A stretch of 64,000 bases of DNA from Octopus sinensis. Lineage: Eukaryota. This document shows, piece after piece, positions 50,522-62,456 of this stretch. The notes beneath the pieces are model-generated. The model worked only from the letters and a program-made list of their open reading frames with translations, did not search any database and was not told the DNA's origin. How positions within the stretch are numbered: the stretch's first letter is position 1; every line of letters begins with the position of its first letter. The stretch covers positions 53,692,001 through 53,756,000 of the forward strand of contig NC_043003.1 of the NCBI RefSeq assembly GCF_006345805.1, given 5' to 3'. Made by a program: the position numbers and the translations under genes.

Positions 50522-51483
50522 TTAATGGTCTGATGGAAGCACTTGATATTGAATACAAACCCAGTCACTGAAGGCTGTTCATAGACTCATCAAAAACTTG
50601 TCTGAAAGGTGTCTTGTTGCACAATGGCAATAGTGAACCTTCAGTTCCTCTGATCTATGCATCACATATGAAAGAAACTTATGAGAATATAATGCTTATG
50701 CTGTAATGCATAAAATATAGTGAACATCAATGGCAGCTCTGTGATGACTTAAAGTTTGTTGCCATTGTGATGGGATTGCACCAAGTACTGCTGCTTTTAA
50801 TGTGAATGGGACAGCCATGCAAGATGTTCCCAGTCTATCAGGAGAGACTGGCCACCTTGTCACTCATTAAAGCCTGGGATGAAAAATGTTCAACATTCAC
50901 CTCTCACTGAGCCAAACAAAATTTTGCTACCAACACTACACATAAAACTGGGGCTCATGAAAAATTTTGTAAAAGCTATAGACAAATTCGGTCAGGGATT
51001 CAAGTGTTTAACATCAAGTTTCCCCTCCACTGAGCATTGCTAAGATAAAAGAAGGAGTCTTCATTGGTCCTCAGATTCGAGAGCTTCTTAAAAATAGTAA
51101 CTTTGAATCAGCCCTTCATGAGGAGAAGGAAGATGCTTGGGATGCATTCAAGTAAGTGGCAAAGGGATTTCTCGGAAATAGAAGGGAAGGAAACTCTAAA
51201 GAAATTGGTGGAAAACCTCACGACTTACAAGAACATGGGATGTAACATGTCGCATTAAATTTACGTTTTGGACTCACATACTCTCTTTTACTTGTTTCAG
51301 TCATTTGACTGTGGCCATGCTGGAGCACCGCCTACAGTCGAACAAATCGACCCCAGGACTTATTCTTTGTAAGCCTAGTACTTATTCTATCGGTCTCTTT
51401 TGCTGAACCACTAAGTTACGGGAACGTAAACACACCAGTATTGGTTGTCAAGCGATGTTGGAAGGACAGACACACAAACATAT

Positions 51484-51516
<33 letters not shown>

Positions 51517-51683
51517 GTTAATCCAAACAAGAAAACACAACAATGCGAGGACGTGGAACAAATAAAGTATTATTGGACGCTCAGGGAAGAAGGAGGGTTT
51601 AACGTTTCGAGCGGAGCTCTTCGTCGGAAACATAGGAGAAGGGAAGACAGGAAAAAAATCGCCAACGGTACTCACGAGGTCAC
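51517..51683 (-). mobile_element. CpG-rich 167-bp Penelope-like fragment inserted in the SINE's (TA)n spacer
   Basis: Absent from the other SINE copies, flanked by TA repeats, and contains a hammerhead-like motif. Confidence 0.65.
51597..51631 (-). ncRNA. Minimal 35-nt type I hammerhead-like motif
   Basis: Reverse complement gttt-CCGACGA-a-gagc-tcc-gctc-GAA-ACGT-T-aaac: stem I 4 bp, stem II 4 bp, palindromic stem III. Confidence 0.65.
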
Positions 51684-52231
51684 ATATATATATATACATA
51701 CATACATATATACGATGGGCTTCTTTCAGTTTCCGTCTACCAAATCCACTCACAAGGCTTTGGTCAGCCCGAGTCTATAGTAGAAGACACTTGCCCAAGG
51801 TGCCACGCAGTGGGACTGAACCCGGAACTATGTGGTTTGTAAGCAAGCTACGATTTTTTTCCAGCAAAATGTGAGGCAATTAGTGACGAACATGGTCAAG
51901 GGTTTCACCAAGATATTTCAACCATGGACAAGCGATACCAGGGCAAATGGAGCAAAATAATGCTTGCTGGACATTGGCTCGAGATTATTCTTCAGCCCTC
52001 AATAAGCGTCAAGCAAAAAGACAGAGAGTAGGTACAGACTAGAGCTTTAAGTATAATGACACATATTGTATGTTGTAATAAAGTAATCAAATATTACATG
52101 TCGTGTATCTTTAAGCCTATAGCTAATAAGCATTTTTCAAGGTGATATTTGGATTCAAGACTTGAAAATACATAAGAATTACCTAATCTCATTTAAGAAG
52201 CACACAACTTTTCAAAATTTGTTGACCAGTA

Positions 52232-54350
52232 TAATCAACTCCCCACTCCCTTCAAAAACTGCTGGCCCTGTGCCAAAATTTGAGACCATTGTTATTATTA
52301 TTATTATTATTTTAAAAAGTGGTGAGCTAGCAGAATCGTTAGCACAGAGGGTGAAATGCTTAGCGATATTTCGGCCATCGCTATGTTCTGAGTTCAAATG
52401 CTGCTGAGGTCGACTTTGCCTTTCATCCTTACAGAGATTGATAAATTAAGTACCAGTGAATTACTGGAGTTGATGTAATTGACGAGTCTCCACCAAATTT
52501 CAGCCCTTGTGCCTTTAGTAGAAAGGATTATTATTATCATTATTAATAATAATAATAATAGTATAGTAGTAAGGTGATGATCTGGAAGAGTTATTACAGC
52601 AAAATACTTAATGGTACTTCATCTGTCCTTACATTCTGAGTTCGAATTCTGTCAAGGTTGAATTTGACTTTTATTTTTTCAGATTTGATGAAGTGAGTAC
52701 CAGTTACACGCTGGGATCAGTGTAATCGACTTGGCCCTCCCCTCAGATTTCAGGCCTTGTACCTATTGTAGAAAGGGTTATTATTATTATTATTATTAAC
52801 ATGATGAGCTAGCAGAATTGTTAACATACCAAGCAAAATGCTTAGCAGCATTTCATGCGTCTTCACATTTGGTGTTCAAATTCCACCATGGTTGACTTTG
52901 CCTTTCATCCTTTCAAGGTTGTTAAAATATGTACCAGTTTATCTCTTACTTACTCACTTCCCTGAAATTACTGGTCATGTGACAAAATTTAAAATCATAA
53001 TCATCATTATTATTAATCTGATTAAGGTGCAAACCCAGCAATTTTGGGTGATGCTACTGACCTCAGTATTTGAGCCATATTTATTTTATCTATCCTGTCT
53101 TTCATAATTTTGTGGTTGATAAAATAAATTACCAGTCTGGTATCAACTAACCCACTCCTCTCAAAACTGCTAGCACTTCCCCCAAATTAGAAGCCAATAT
53201 TACCATTATTATTAAGGTGGTGAGCTGGCAGAATTGTTAACATGCTGGGAAGAATGCTTAGTGGTGTTTCATTCTGCTGAGGTCAACTTGATCTTTCATC
53301 CTTTCTGGGTTGGTGAAATAAGAACCAGTCAAGTATTGGAGTTGATGCGGTTGACTGTCGCCCTCTGACAAAATCCCAAGTCTTCTGTCAATAGTGGAAA
53401 AGGTTATTATATTCAAATACCACCGAGGTTGACTTAGCCTTTCGTCCTTCTGAGGTCGATGTAATTGACTTACCCCTCCTCCAAGCTTTGCAGACATTGT
53501 ATCAAAATTTGAAATCATTATTATTATTATTATCAAGGTGATGAGCTGGAAGAATTGTTAGCAAGCTGGGCAAAATGCTTAGCAGTATTTTGTCTGTCTT
53601 TACATTGTGAGTTCAAATTCTGCCATGATTGGTTGGCTTTGCCTTTCATCCTTTTAGGGTTGACAAAATAAGCACCAGTGGGATTGATATAATCGACTTA
53701 CTCTCACCCCTGAAATTGCTGGCCTTGTGCCAAAATTCGATATCAATCATCATCATCAATATTATTATTATTATTATTATTATTATTATGGGTTCAAATT
53801 CTGCAGAGGTCACCTTTCATCCTTTCAGGGTCAATAAATTAAGTACCAGTGAATACTGGGTTGATGTAATCAGCTGGTCCCCTCCCCCAAAATTTCAGGC
53901 CTTGTGCTAATAGTAGAAAACATTATTATTATTATTATTATTGGATTGATAGAAAGGATAAATGCCTTTCAACATTTATTCTTCATCAAGCCAGTGAGCT
54001 GGCAGAAATGTTAGCATGCCGAGTGAAATGCTTCACGGTATTTTGTCTGTCTTTATGTTCTGAGTTCAAATTCCACTAAGGTTGACTTTGCCTTTCATCT
54101 TTTGGGGTCAATAATTAAGTACCAGTTGCATACTGAGATCAATCTAATCGACTGGCTCCCTCCCCCAAAATTTTGGGCCTTGTGCTTAAAGTAGAAAAGA
54201 ATATTTATTCTTCATCTTTTCATTTTTATCTCAAATCCTGCTGAAGTCAAATTTTCCTTCCATTATTCAGGGGTCAATAAGGTAAACTCAATCAAGTACT
54301 GTGGTTGATATGACTGACAAACTTCCTCTGTCAAAATTTCAGGCCTTGTG
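52232..54350 (+). repeat. Head-to-tail cluster of (ATT)n-tail SINE copies (continues 48480-49149)
   Basis: Repeated gagct(g/a)gcagaa..gttagc..gagttcaaattc..aagtaccag..ggccttgtg units, each followed by attattatt. One inverted copy at ~54395-54600. Confidence 0.88.
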
Positions 54351-54899
54351 CCTATGTTAGAAATAAATATTGTTACTGCTAAAAATATATTCTTTTCTAC
54401 CCTAGGCACAAGGCCCGAAATTTTTGGAGAGGGAGCCAGTCGATTAGATCGATCCTAGTATGTAACTGGTACTTAATTTATCGACCATGGAGGAATGAAA
54501 AGCAAAGCTGACCTCAGTGGAATTTGAACTCAGAATGTAAAGACATGAAATACCACTAAGCATTTTGCCCAGCATGCTAACAGTTCTGCCAGTTTGCCGC
54601 TTTACTGCTAGAAAAATATTATTTAAGGAGCAGTGGATAATAGAACCAGTTGAGAGCCAGGCACGGCTGTGTGGTTAAACTGTTCACTTTGTAAGCAACT
54701 GCGTTATTCCAGGTTCAGTTCCACTGACTGCACAGCAACCTGAGCAAATATCTGCTTTCACAATTTCATAGTCATTAAAGCTGCATGGATGAAATTTAAT
54801 GGATGGAAATTGTGTAGAAGCCCCTACACACACACACACCATTATAAGGACTGACCCTGTTTCTGAATAGGTTTTTTTTTATTTATGTGCCATTTTCAA

Positions 54900-56150
54900 G
54901 CCTAACCAGGCTCATGGGCCCGGTTTCTATGGCATATGTGTTCCCCTCTTAGTGTGAAAAAATGTTTCCGAAAGTCATGGGAGCTGTGCTGTTTTCTGAC
55001 TTTGTAAACATGTCCACGGGTGTTAGACAGATGGAGTTTGAAAAGGTACTCAGAGTTATTGTTTGTAAGATGGTTAATAATTTTATAGGTGTCTACCAAG
55101 TCAGCTGCCAGACGTCGGAGTTTCAGTGTATCCATGCCCAGGGAAGTAAGGCGTTCAGAATATGGCAAATGCCTGATTGAGTGTATTCTCTTGGTTGCAC
55201 ATCACTGAATGGCAATTAATATCCTGGGCAAGATAGGGGTTCCAGACTGGTGATGCAAATTCCAGGTGAGGTAGCACCATAGCTATATAAAGCCGCAGAT
55301 AGCTGGAGTGTGGATCACAAAGGACTTGGTGAGTGATGCGAAGACACTTTCAGCCTTCTTGGCAATTTTAGCAATGTGTTTTGTCCAGCGCAAATCGCTG
55401 TCAACAATAACGCCCAGGTCATGTTCACAAGAAGACTTTTTGAGATTAGTGTTGTGGAGGAAGTAGACGCTAGGTTTTTCCTCCCAAAATGCATGGTGAT
55501 ACATTTGTCCACAGTCAGCTTGGGTTGCCAGCCCATGATCCACTGCTGCATTGTGTCCAGGTCTGATTGCAATAAAGATCTATAGTGTACAGGATCTGTC
55601 CTCTTTATTTCGAGGTACAGCTTGATGTCATCTGCATATTTCAGCACTGTGGCATTCTTTAAGTTGGCATCTATGTCATTAACATATGCAACAAATAAAA
55701 GGGGGCCAAGAACAGATCCCTGTGGTACAGCAGATGTCATCTCATAGGATGAAGAGTGCTGTCCTAGAACTGTGACAACCTCTTTTAGGCCGACAATGAA
55801 GGACTTCAACCAGTTATAGAGATCATCTCTTACACCCATTGCAGAGAGTTTCACCATAAGTCTTTTGTGTGGCACAGAATTAAAAGCCTTATCAAAGTCT
55901 AGGTAAACAACATCCACCCAGGATCCACGATCAGTGATTCGGGTAATGACCTCAAGAAACTCGATGAGTTGATTACAGCAGCTGGAGTTAGGAATAAATC
56001 CAAATTGTGTCGGCTGGATGAGGCTGTGAGACTTCCAGAAGTTCCAGAGGGTTTCTCTGACACAGGATTCCATCAGTTTGGCGATGCAGCTAGTAAGACT
56101 AACGGGGCGATAGTTGACAGGCGATGTGCGGTCACCTTTTTTGAACTGAG
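54900..56150 (-). mobile_element. CR1/L2-group LINE RT, 5'-truncated and frameshifted
   Basis: FKKGDRTSPVNYRPVSLTS, QFGF, VDVVYLDFDKAFNSVPH, VPQGSVLGPLLF, KYADDIKLY; later frames give EHDLGVIVDSDL and RRLAADLVDTYKI..TRGH. Confidence 0.92.
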
Positions 56151-56339
56151 GATACTGTTTGCAACAATGAATATCTAGTACTCTCGCAGTTGTGTTTCTT
56201 ATATGTAGTGGCTGTGTTTTGACACATTTGAACGAAAGAAATTTAGTAACGTTTATTTTTCCCTGGATCTCTAGGTCTCTGTATATCTGTTTATCAGAGC
56301 AGGAAGTATTTAACTTAAAGAGTTTTATCATCTGCATAA

Positions 56340-56548
56340 GTAAGCTAATAACGATCATTTCGTTAGATTGTCACATTGGCTCACAACGTCAAGAGCGGGT
56401 AATATCGTTTAAAAGAAATAAAAGGTGTCCAATGAACTTAAAATTTCTGAGGTGGTTATTAAAACTAGAAGCGTGGAATAAAACCAAACTGGTCTCAATC
56501 TTGGAGCAAGGGAGTTAACTTGTGTTTGCTGAGTTTATTTGGTTGGAG
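56340..56548 (+). promoter_or_regulatory. Putative PFAS promoter and non-coding exon 1
   Basis: CpG-retaining region ~56.3-58.0 kb, ATTGG at 56375, strong donor gag|gtgagt at 56549. The link to PFAS is inference from position. Confidence 0.5.
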
Positions 56549-58478
56549 GTGAGTATAATAATGTTATTAATTTCAACGCTGTAATATTTATATTACGACG
56601 TTTTCCTTGCCTATATTTTTGTTTTGAAAATTATTAGTACCTGTTGAAAAATGTAATTAAAATTATATTCTAATTTAATTCATGATGTCTGATAATCTGA
56701 ACGACAATTTTACCTAAAGGAATATATTTTGAACTTGGCGCCTTTAGAACCACGTGTATTTTCGAGGAGTTAATAATTAAATCTTTCGTTTTCTATGCAT
56801 TTTCAGGATTATCTTCGACAAGGGGATTATATTTTCCGTTTGTTTATGCGCAATCAATTTGAATCTTTCTCTATGTAATTTGTGTATTCCTTTGGATTGT
56901 CATTGAAAGACGTTTTATTTGTACGGTCGAAAGTATTATGTATTGTTTGTGTGTCTGTAAGCTTGGTAAACTAAGAACTTATTTGGGAAAAGAAATATAG
57001 AGCCAGTTGAGTTTATTAAAACTGAATAACATTGAAACACTTAAAAATTACATTACGTGGTGAAAATAATGAGGAATGTGCTTTGAAAAGTAGGATTTCC
57101 ACATAGTATATTCGAATACTTAGATTACAAAACAAACTTGTTTTGTTTATCTTCTTAGGTAGTACCTCTTATTTCGAATATCTAACACTTACAAAGGCTC
57201 GCGAGGTAATTAAATATGTAAACGTGGAATTGTTGCACAATTACATGCATTCTGAACATAAAGAGTTGTATCATCCGTAAATTGTAGAATCCCTGCAGAT
57301 GCTTTATTTTACGACCGTGAACTCAAATGTAAATGTCTAATAACTGTTTCTGCTATAGGCACAAGGTCTGAAATCTTGAGGAGGATGTTAGTCGACATCA
57401 ACGTCAGTGCTTAATGGGTACTTATTTTTTATCGATTCCCAATAGATGAAATGCAAAGTCGACCTCCGTGGGTTTCGAACTGGCATTGTAAAGAATCGGA
57501 AGAAACGTCTTTGAGCATTTTGTCCGGTGCGCTAACGATTCTGCAAGCTTGTCACTTTGAGTGCTGTCTGTAATAATGTCTAAGCTAATTTACTTTGTCC
57601 AATCTTGCCTTATACTGCTCATTAATCTGACCTAACCGTATTAATCGGCGCAGTATTTTGACCAAAGAAATGAATCGGTTTTTAGCTACCGTTTTCTTGG
57701 GTCTTGCACATGTCAAATCATGTTTATTTAAGTGTAAATTATGTAATTTTATACAATTTATTTTTAATATGCATTCCGTTGTTTGATTCAATATATTGTA
57801 ATTCCACTAGATTCTTGCAAAGGTCTTGCATTGGATCTAGAATCTAACCGAGTCAATACCACATTGGATAAATACTATTCTTGTTAAATGTATATTTCGC
57901 GCTAAAAAGGGAACATTATTAAATATATTGGAAATATTGTTTGTTTCTTTGTTCAGTTTCGCGACGTTCGGGTTTTCATTTTATTGTTATTCTAGTTGGT
58001 TTTTTTCTGCGGCTGTATTATGAAGATTGCGAAGAATTTTCCGAATATTAGTACTTATTTCCTAGCTGCTTCTTCTTTCAAGTTTATTACTGTTAAACAG
58101 TATTCCTTATATTGGACTGAATGGTTCATGATTTCTATTTTAGGATACCTTATAGTAATTTGAATAACTGCCAGTATTTATCATGACATACACATAATCC
58201 GGAGACAGTAAATACAAATTTTGTGTTGGTGATAGTGATTTCTTTTTAATTTTTAGTATTCCGTGTTTTGTATAGCTAGGATTGCGATTCTGAAAGAAAT
58301 TTTTTTCTGAAAATTTCAATTCTATACATATTGTCCCTTTCATTGACTGTGTGATTGTGATAGCTATTTCAAAACTCTATTCAAGTATTTTTAACTGGAC
58401 GTCATCTATTCACATTGAAAGCATTATTAGGATACTAAATCAACTCAGTACTCGACTGGTACTTAATTTTATCGATCC

Positions 58479-58531
58479 TGCAGGCATGTCTGTATGAGTG
58501 CATGACATGCTTCAACTAATTCTGTCTATGA
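58479..58531. repeat. 53-bp inverted copy of 60068-60120 inserted in a SINE
   Basis: 52/53 identity to the reverse complement of 60068-60120; flanked by the duplicated ga(t/c)cctgca. Confidence 0.9.
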
Positions 58532-61207
58532 CCCTGCAACGATGAAGGCAGATTTAACCCCTGCGTTATATGAACTCAGAAGACAAGATAATTTATTCTT
58601 TCCGCGTACAAAATATTGTAATTTTCTCTGAAGGGGAACAAATCTGTATGGAATACTTGAAAGTATATCATTTCACTTTACTCCTTTTATAAAATGTTCT
58701 CTGGGATAAATATGTTATATAACAAACAGATACAGGTATATCAAATACCATACAACATAAATGCATGACTTATTAAAATTATTTCCGCCTCTTGAGGATA
58801 TGTCATAATTATCAAATGGCAATAAAGACCAACACCATTTGAGAAGAGGAGATCATCTGAAGAATCAAGAATTCAACAAAGTTGACATGCATTACAGAAA
58901 AAGACAGGCTTATTGTTTGGATATAAAGGGATCTATATAGGATTCAAAAGATCCATATAAAGAGACAGTCGTGGATATGTGTTTCTGGCTCATTTCTGCT
59001 TTCATTATCACGACAATTGCCCACCCCAATCTCCAGTAGCCAAGGGACTTACGTCATAGAAAAAAGCATTAGAACACATTTTGTTTTGGCCGAGTTAATT
59101 TGCATAATTTAAACAAAAATAAATCTCAGAGAAATAATGGCCAGTAGAATATATTGAACAGCATAGATGTGTATGAACTACAATACAAAACACATGCATT
59201 TGATTAAGCATTTTGTCCAATGCTCTAATGCTGGAGAAAAGAATAATTTTAGTACCAGACAACGTTTGTAAGTATGCAAAATCCCTTCAGGGTGACCCGG
59301 TGCTAAGAAAAATGACAAATTAAAAAATTTTATACATTAATAGGTATATAAATTTATATTAAATTACTGCTTTGATCTCAAGGCTCAAACCTGATTGTTT
59401 TTCACAGGGGTTTTTATTACCTTTATCGGAGTGGTGCGGTTTTATGTTTGAATGCGGGTGAAATTTCGTCCATGGACAATAGAACTCCCCATCCTTACTT
59501 TAAATGATTTCACCAGATTGTTATTTTGAATTGTTTTAACAACATTATTCAGAATGTTTTTGACGAGTGTAATCATTAGTATCGATTAAGCAGTAGGCAA
59601 GTCATTCGGGAGCATTCAAATGGAGTGATGTGAGATAAGTGGTGGCGATAGAGATTGATAGAAAAGTGGTATTGAGTAGATCAGAAGACTGCAGTATCAG
59701 AGTACTGAAGAAGGCGAAAGCTATTAATTTGGAGATGGTTTAGTTCGATGAGCCTATGACTAAACGAAAATGAATTTTTCGGTATTTGATGTATTTTATA
59801 TGATATATATAAATTTGTTGGTTTTCCCGTCTTTACAGCCCTTTAATAATGTAGTGTAAGGGAGATAATTCCATACAGGCATGTAAATTGTGTTAATTTC
59901 GGAATATTAGAAAACTGGTAATGCTTTGAATACACAACAATTTAGCCTTTAGAAGGTTTCAAGAAGAGCTTTTGATAAGTTCATTTTTCTTGAATAAAGT
60001 AAAATCTGTTTCAAGCTTTGCTTTTTATCTGAGATTGTCTTTTGTTTTAGAATTGTTGAATGAAGTTTCATAGACAGAATTAGTTGAAGCATGTCATGCA
60101 CTCACACAGACATGCCTGCATGCGTATGTTTGGTGAAGTTTTTAGCCAGGAGTAAGCCTCTGTATCTAGCATTTCTCTGTTTTCTTTTATAGAAGTCCAT
60201 GCTTTGCGATCTGATGTCCACTGAGAAAGTTAGTTGATGAATGGCTTGTGAGAGCTGTACAAGATATGTTAAAGGGTGTAGTCAGCAAAGTGAGTAAAAA
60301 GTGGAGGAGGGAATTCAACATGATGTAAAGGCACATCAGTGTTCAGTTCTCAATTCCTTTCTGATCTTTATAGTTTTTCATGTGAGATCAGACCAGATGC
60401 TTACAGGAATTTCATTATCAGCATGATGATCATCATCTTTTAGCTTCTGTGTCCAATGCTGGCATTAGTTGGAATTTCTATGTGCTAATGAGCTAGTTCT
60501 TATAGTAGAATTAGTAAAGAAATTCCAGGCATGGAAACAACTCAGAATCTAGAGGCTTCAAAATATATTTAATAAAGATTAAAGTATCTGTAAGTAGAAG
60601 AGGATACAGGATCTAACTACCACTAGAGAGATGGGTCATGTTTGATGTCTGAAAAAGGAGTAGATAGGTCTGAAGTTATTACATCTCACAAAGGAAATAA
60701 CAAAGGACTGCATTGATTGACATGATGTACAGAAGACATCTCTACCCATCCAGGCATGGCAAACACAAATTAAAATTGTGTAAATGTGCGTGCATGCATG
60801 TGTGTGTGTGTATGTTGTGTGTATGTTTAGGTATGTCTATGCATGTACATATATATACACATGCATATGTGCATATATGTGTAAATGTATGTGTGTGTGT
60901 TTGTGTGTATAAATAACTATATAGCTACCCTTATGTAGCTTTGTATCTTCTGACCCTCTCCCCCACTACTCTTACATCTTGTACCTCATTACCCTACTTT
61001 TTGATCTTCTCCTTTCTGAACCACTTCTATCTCTGCTGCCTGACCTCTTCTCCCTATGGGTAATTCTTATCAGTTGCACTTCCATCCTTGTTCATCACTC
61101 ACTACATGTAATAGCTTTCATATAGTCATAATAGGATGTATCCATTATTGCATTGCATATTTTTACCAATCATTAAAGCTATTTTACTTTTCTTATTTCA
61201 TTAAGTC

Positions 61208-61349
61208 ATGGCAATCATTTGTTATTATCAACATGATGCATTAAGTGCTTATAGCCAGCAGGCTTGTTTGGCGAAACTAAAAGCATCAGTTCCAAAACTT
61301 ACAGATTTGGAGACAGAAATCTGCTACTATGTATCTTGTCAGGAAAAAG
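61208..61349 (+). CDS. PFAS: Phosphoribosylformylglycinamidine synthase, first coding exon
   Basis: Acceptor tttcattaag|61206, ATG at 61208, MAIICYYQHDALSAYSQQACLAKLKASVPKLTDLETEICYYVSCQEK (cf. recalled human LQGKLPELQGVETELCYNV), donor g|gttggt, phase 1. Confidence 0.85.
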
Positions 61350-62326
61350 GTTGGTTCTATATTTAAATATTTATTTATAAAAACACATATTTTCTTTTCT
61401 GTAATAAATTGTCATCAATCCTTTAACTAGAGCTTTTTTTGTATGCAAGCTTAAGTTGCTGTGCAACATAACATGACCTTTGTTGATAATTTTTTAACCC
61501 CCATCTAAGGCCCAGCATCCTGAGATATGGCCTTATTCCTGCTTTTTGTTTTGAGAGCAAAGTCCTTAGTTAATGCTAATTTTTCTACTGTTTTACATTT
61601 TTTACTCTGTTATAGAAAAAGGTGACATTTAAAAATAAAGTATCTAAAAATATTGATTTCAAATTTTGGCACAAGACGAGCAAGTTTGGGGGAGGAGTTA
61701 AGCCGACCCCAGTGCTCAACAGGTGCTCTTTTTATCGAATCTGAAAGGATGAAAATCAAGAATTTGAACTCAGAATGTAAAGATGGACAAAATGCCACTA
61801 AGCATTTTGCCCAGCTTACCACCTTAAGGTGTTTAAAAATATTACCATACTACATCGATATTTTCCAAGTCTTTATTATCTAGTGTGAGACAAGTAGATC
61901 AATGTATACATTCCTTAGATTTACACATTAATATTTGTGGTGTATATCCACTGGTGTGGAGGCATGTGGCTTGGTGGTTAGCGTGTCGAACTCATGATCG
62001 TAAGGTTGTGGTTTCGATTCCTGGACTGGGCGATACGTTGTGTTCTTGAGCAAAACACTTTATTTTCACGTTGCTCCAGTCCACTCAGCTGGTAAAAATG
62101 AGTAATCCTGGGATGGACTGGCGTCCCAATCAGGTGGGGAATTTCTACAATACTGAAACCGGGAAACCAGCCCTTATGAGCCTGGCATGGCTTGAGAAGG
62201 AACATTTATTATTTTTTTTATATTCACTGGTGCAGTTACTTATCTGTAAAGCCATTGGGCTTCATTTAAAATCAATAAATATTGAATTGTTGCATTTTTT
62301 TATATTTTAATCTCTCGTTCTTTTAG

Positions 62327-62456
62327 AAATTTCTCTGAAAGATGAAGAGAAACTGACTTGGATCCTAAGTAAACCATTTTGTCAAAAAAATCTGAGAAAA
62401 ACATCTTTTTTTGGAGAACATGCAGAGAATTGTCTTTTCGTGGAAATTGGACCCAG
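62327..62456 (+). CDS. PFAS: Phosphoribosylformylglycinamidine synthase, second coding exon (gene continues beyond the window)
   Basis: Acceptor ctcgttcttttag|, phase-compatible (E)ISLKDEEKLTWILSKPFCQKNLRKTSFFGEHAENCLFVEIGPR (cf. recalled human EETKKLMWLFGCP..LLLEVGPRL), donor ag|gtaaat. Confidence 0.88.

Larger units (their letters stand above)
51282..51850 (-). mobile_element. Bipartite tRNA SINE inside the transposase
   Basis: Reverse complement of the 5364-5749 type; splits DSH / DFFP of the transposase. Confidence 0.9.
49150..52231 (+). mobile_element. Chapaev3-like (CMC) DNA transposon, degenerate, with nested insertions
   Basis: TIRs c(c)ctggtcaacaa / ttgttgaccagt(a), TAA on both flanks, subterminal inverted agatacacg / cgtgtatct. 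Transposase fragments YICGEMTF, KWAPHMCCNTC, WREPTDH..NCYFC, LHIKLGLMKNFVKA, GCNMS, SDEHGQGFHQDI..MDKRYQGKW. The family name comes from recalled motifs. Confidence 0.8.

Noticed and set aside
52232-54350. CRISPR-like array
   Set aside because: The context is eukaryotic, and the units are 200-300 bp diverged SINEs rather than short repeats with unique spacers.
59700-59730. Hammerhead-like ctgaaga-aggc-gaaagcta
   Set aside because: There is no stem II between the core halves and no stem I pairing; likely chance.
58479-60120. TIRs of a 1.6-kb DNA transposon
   Set aside because: The interrupted SINE resumes immediately after the left copy and there is no outer TSD, so a templated insertion fits better.
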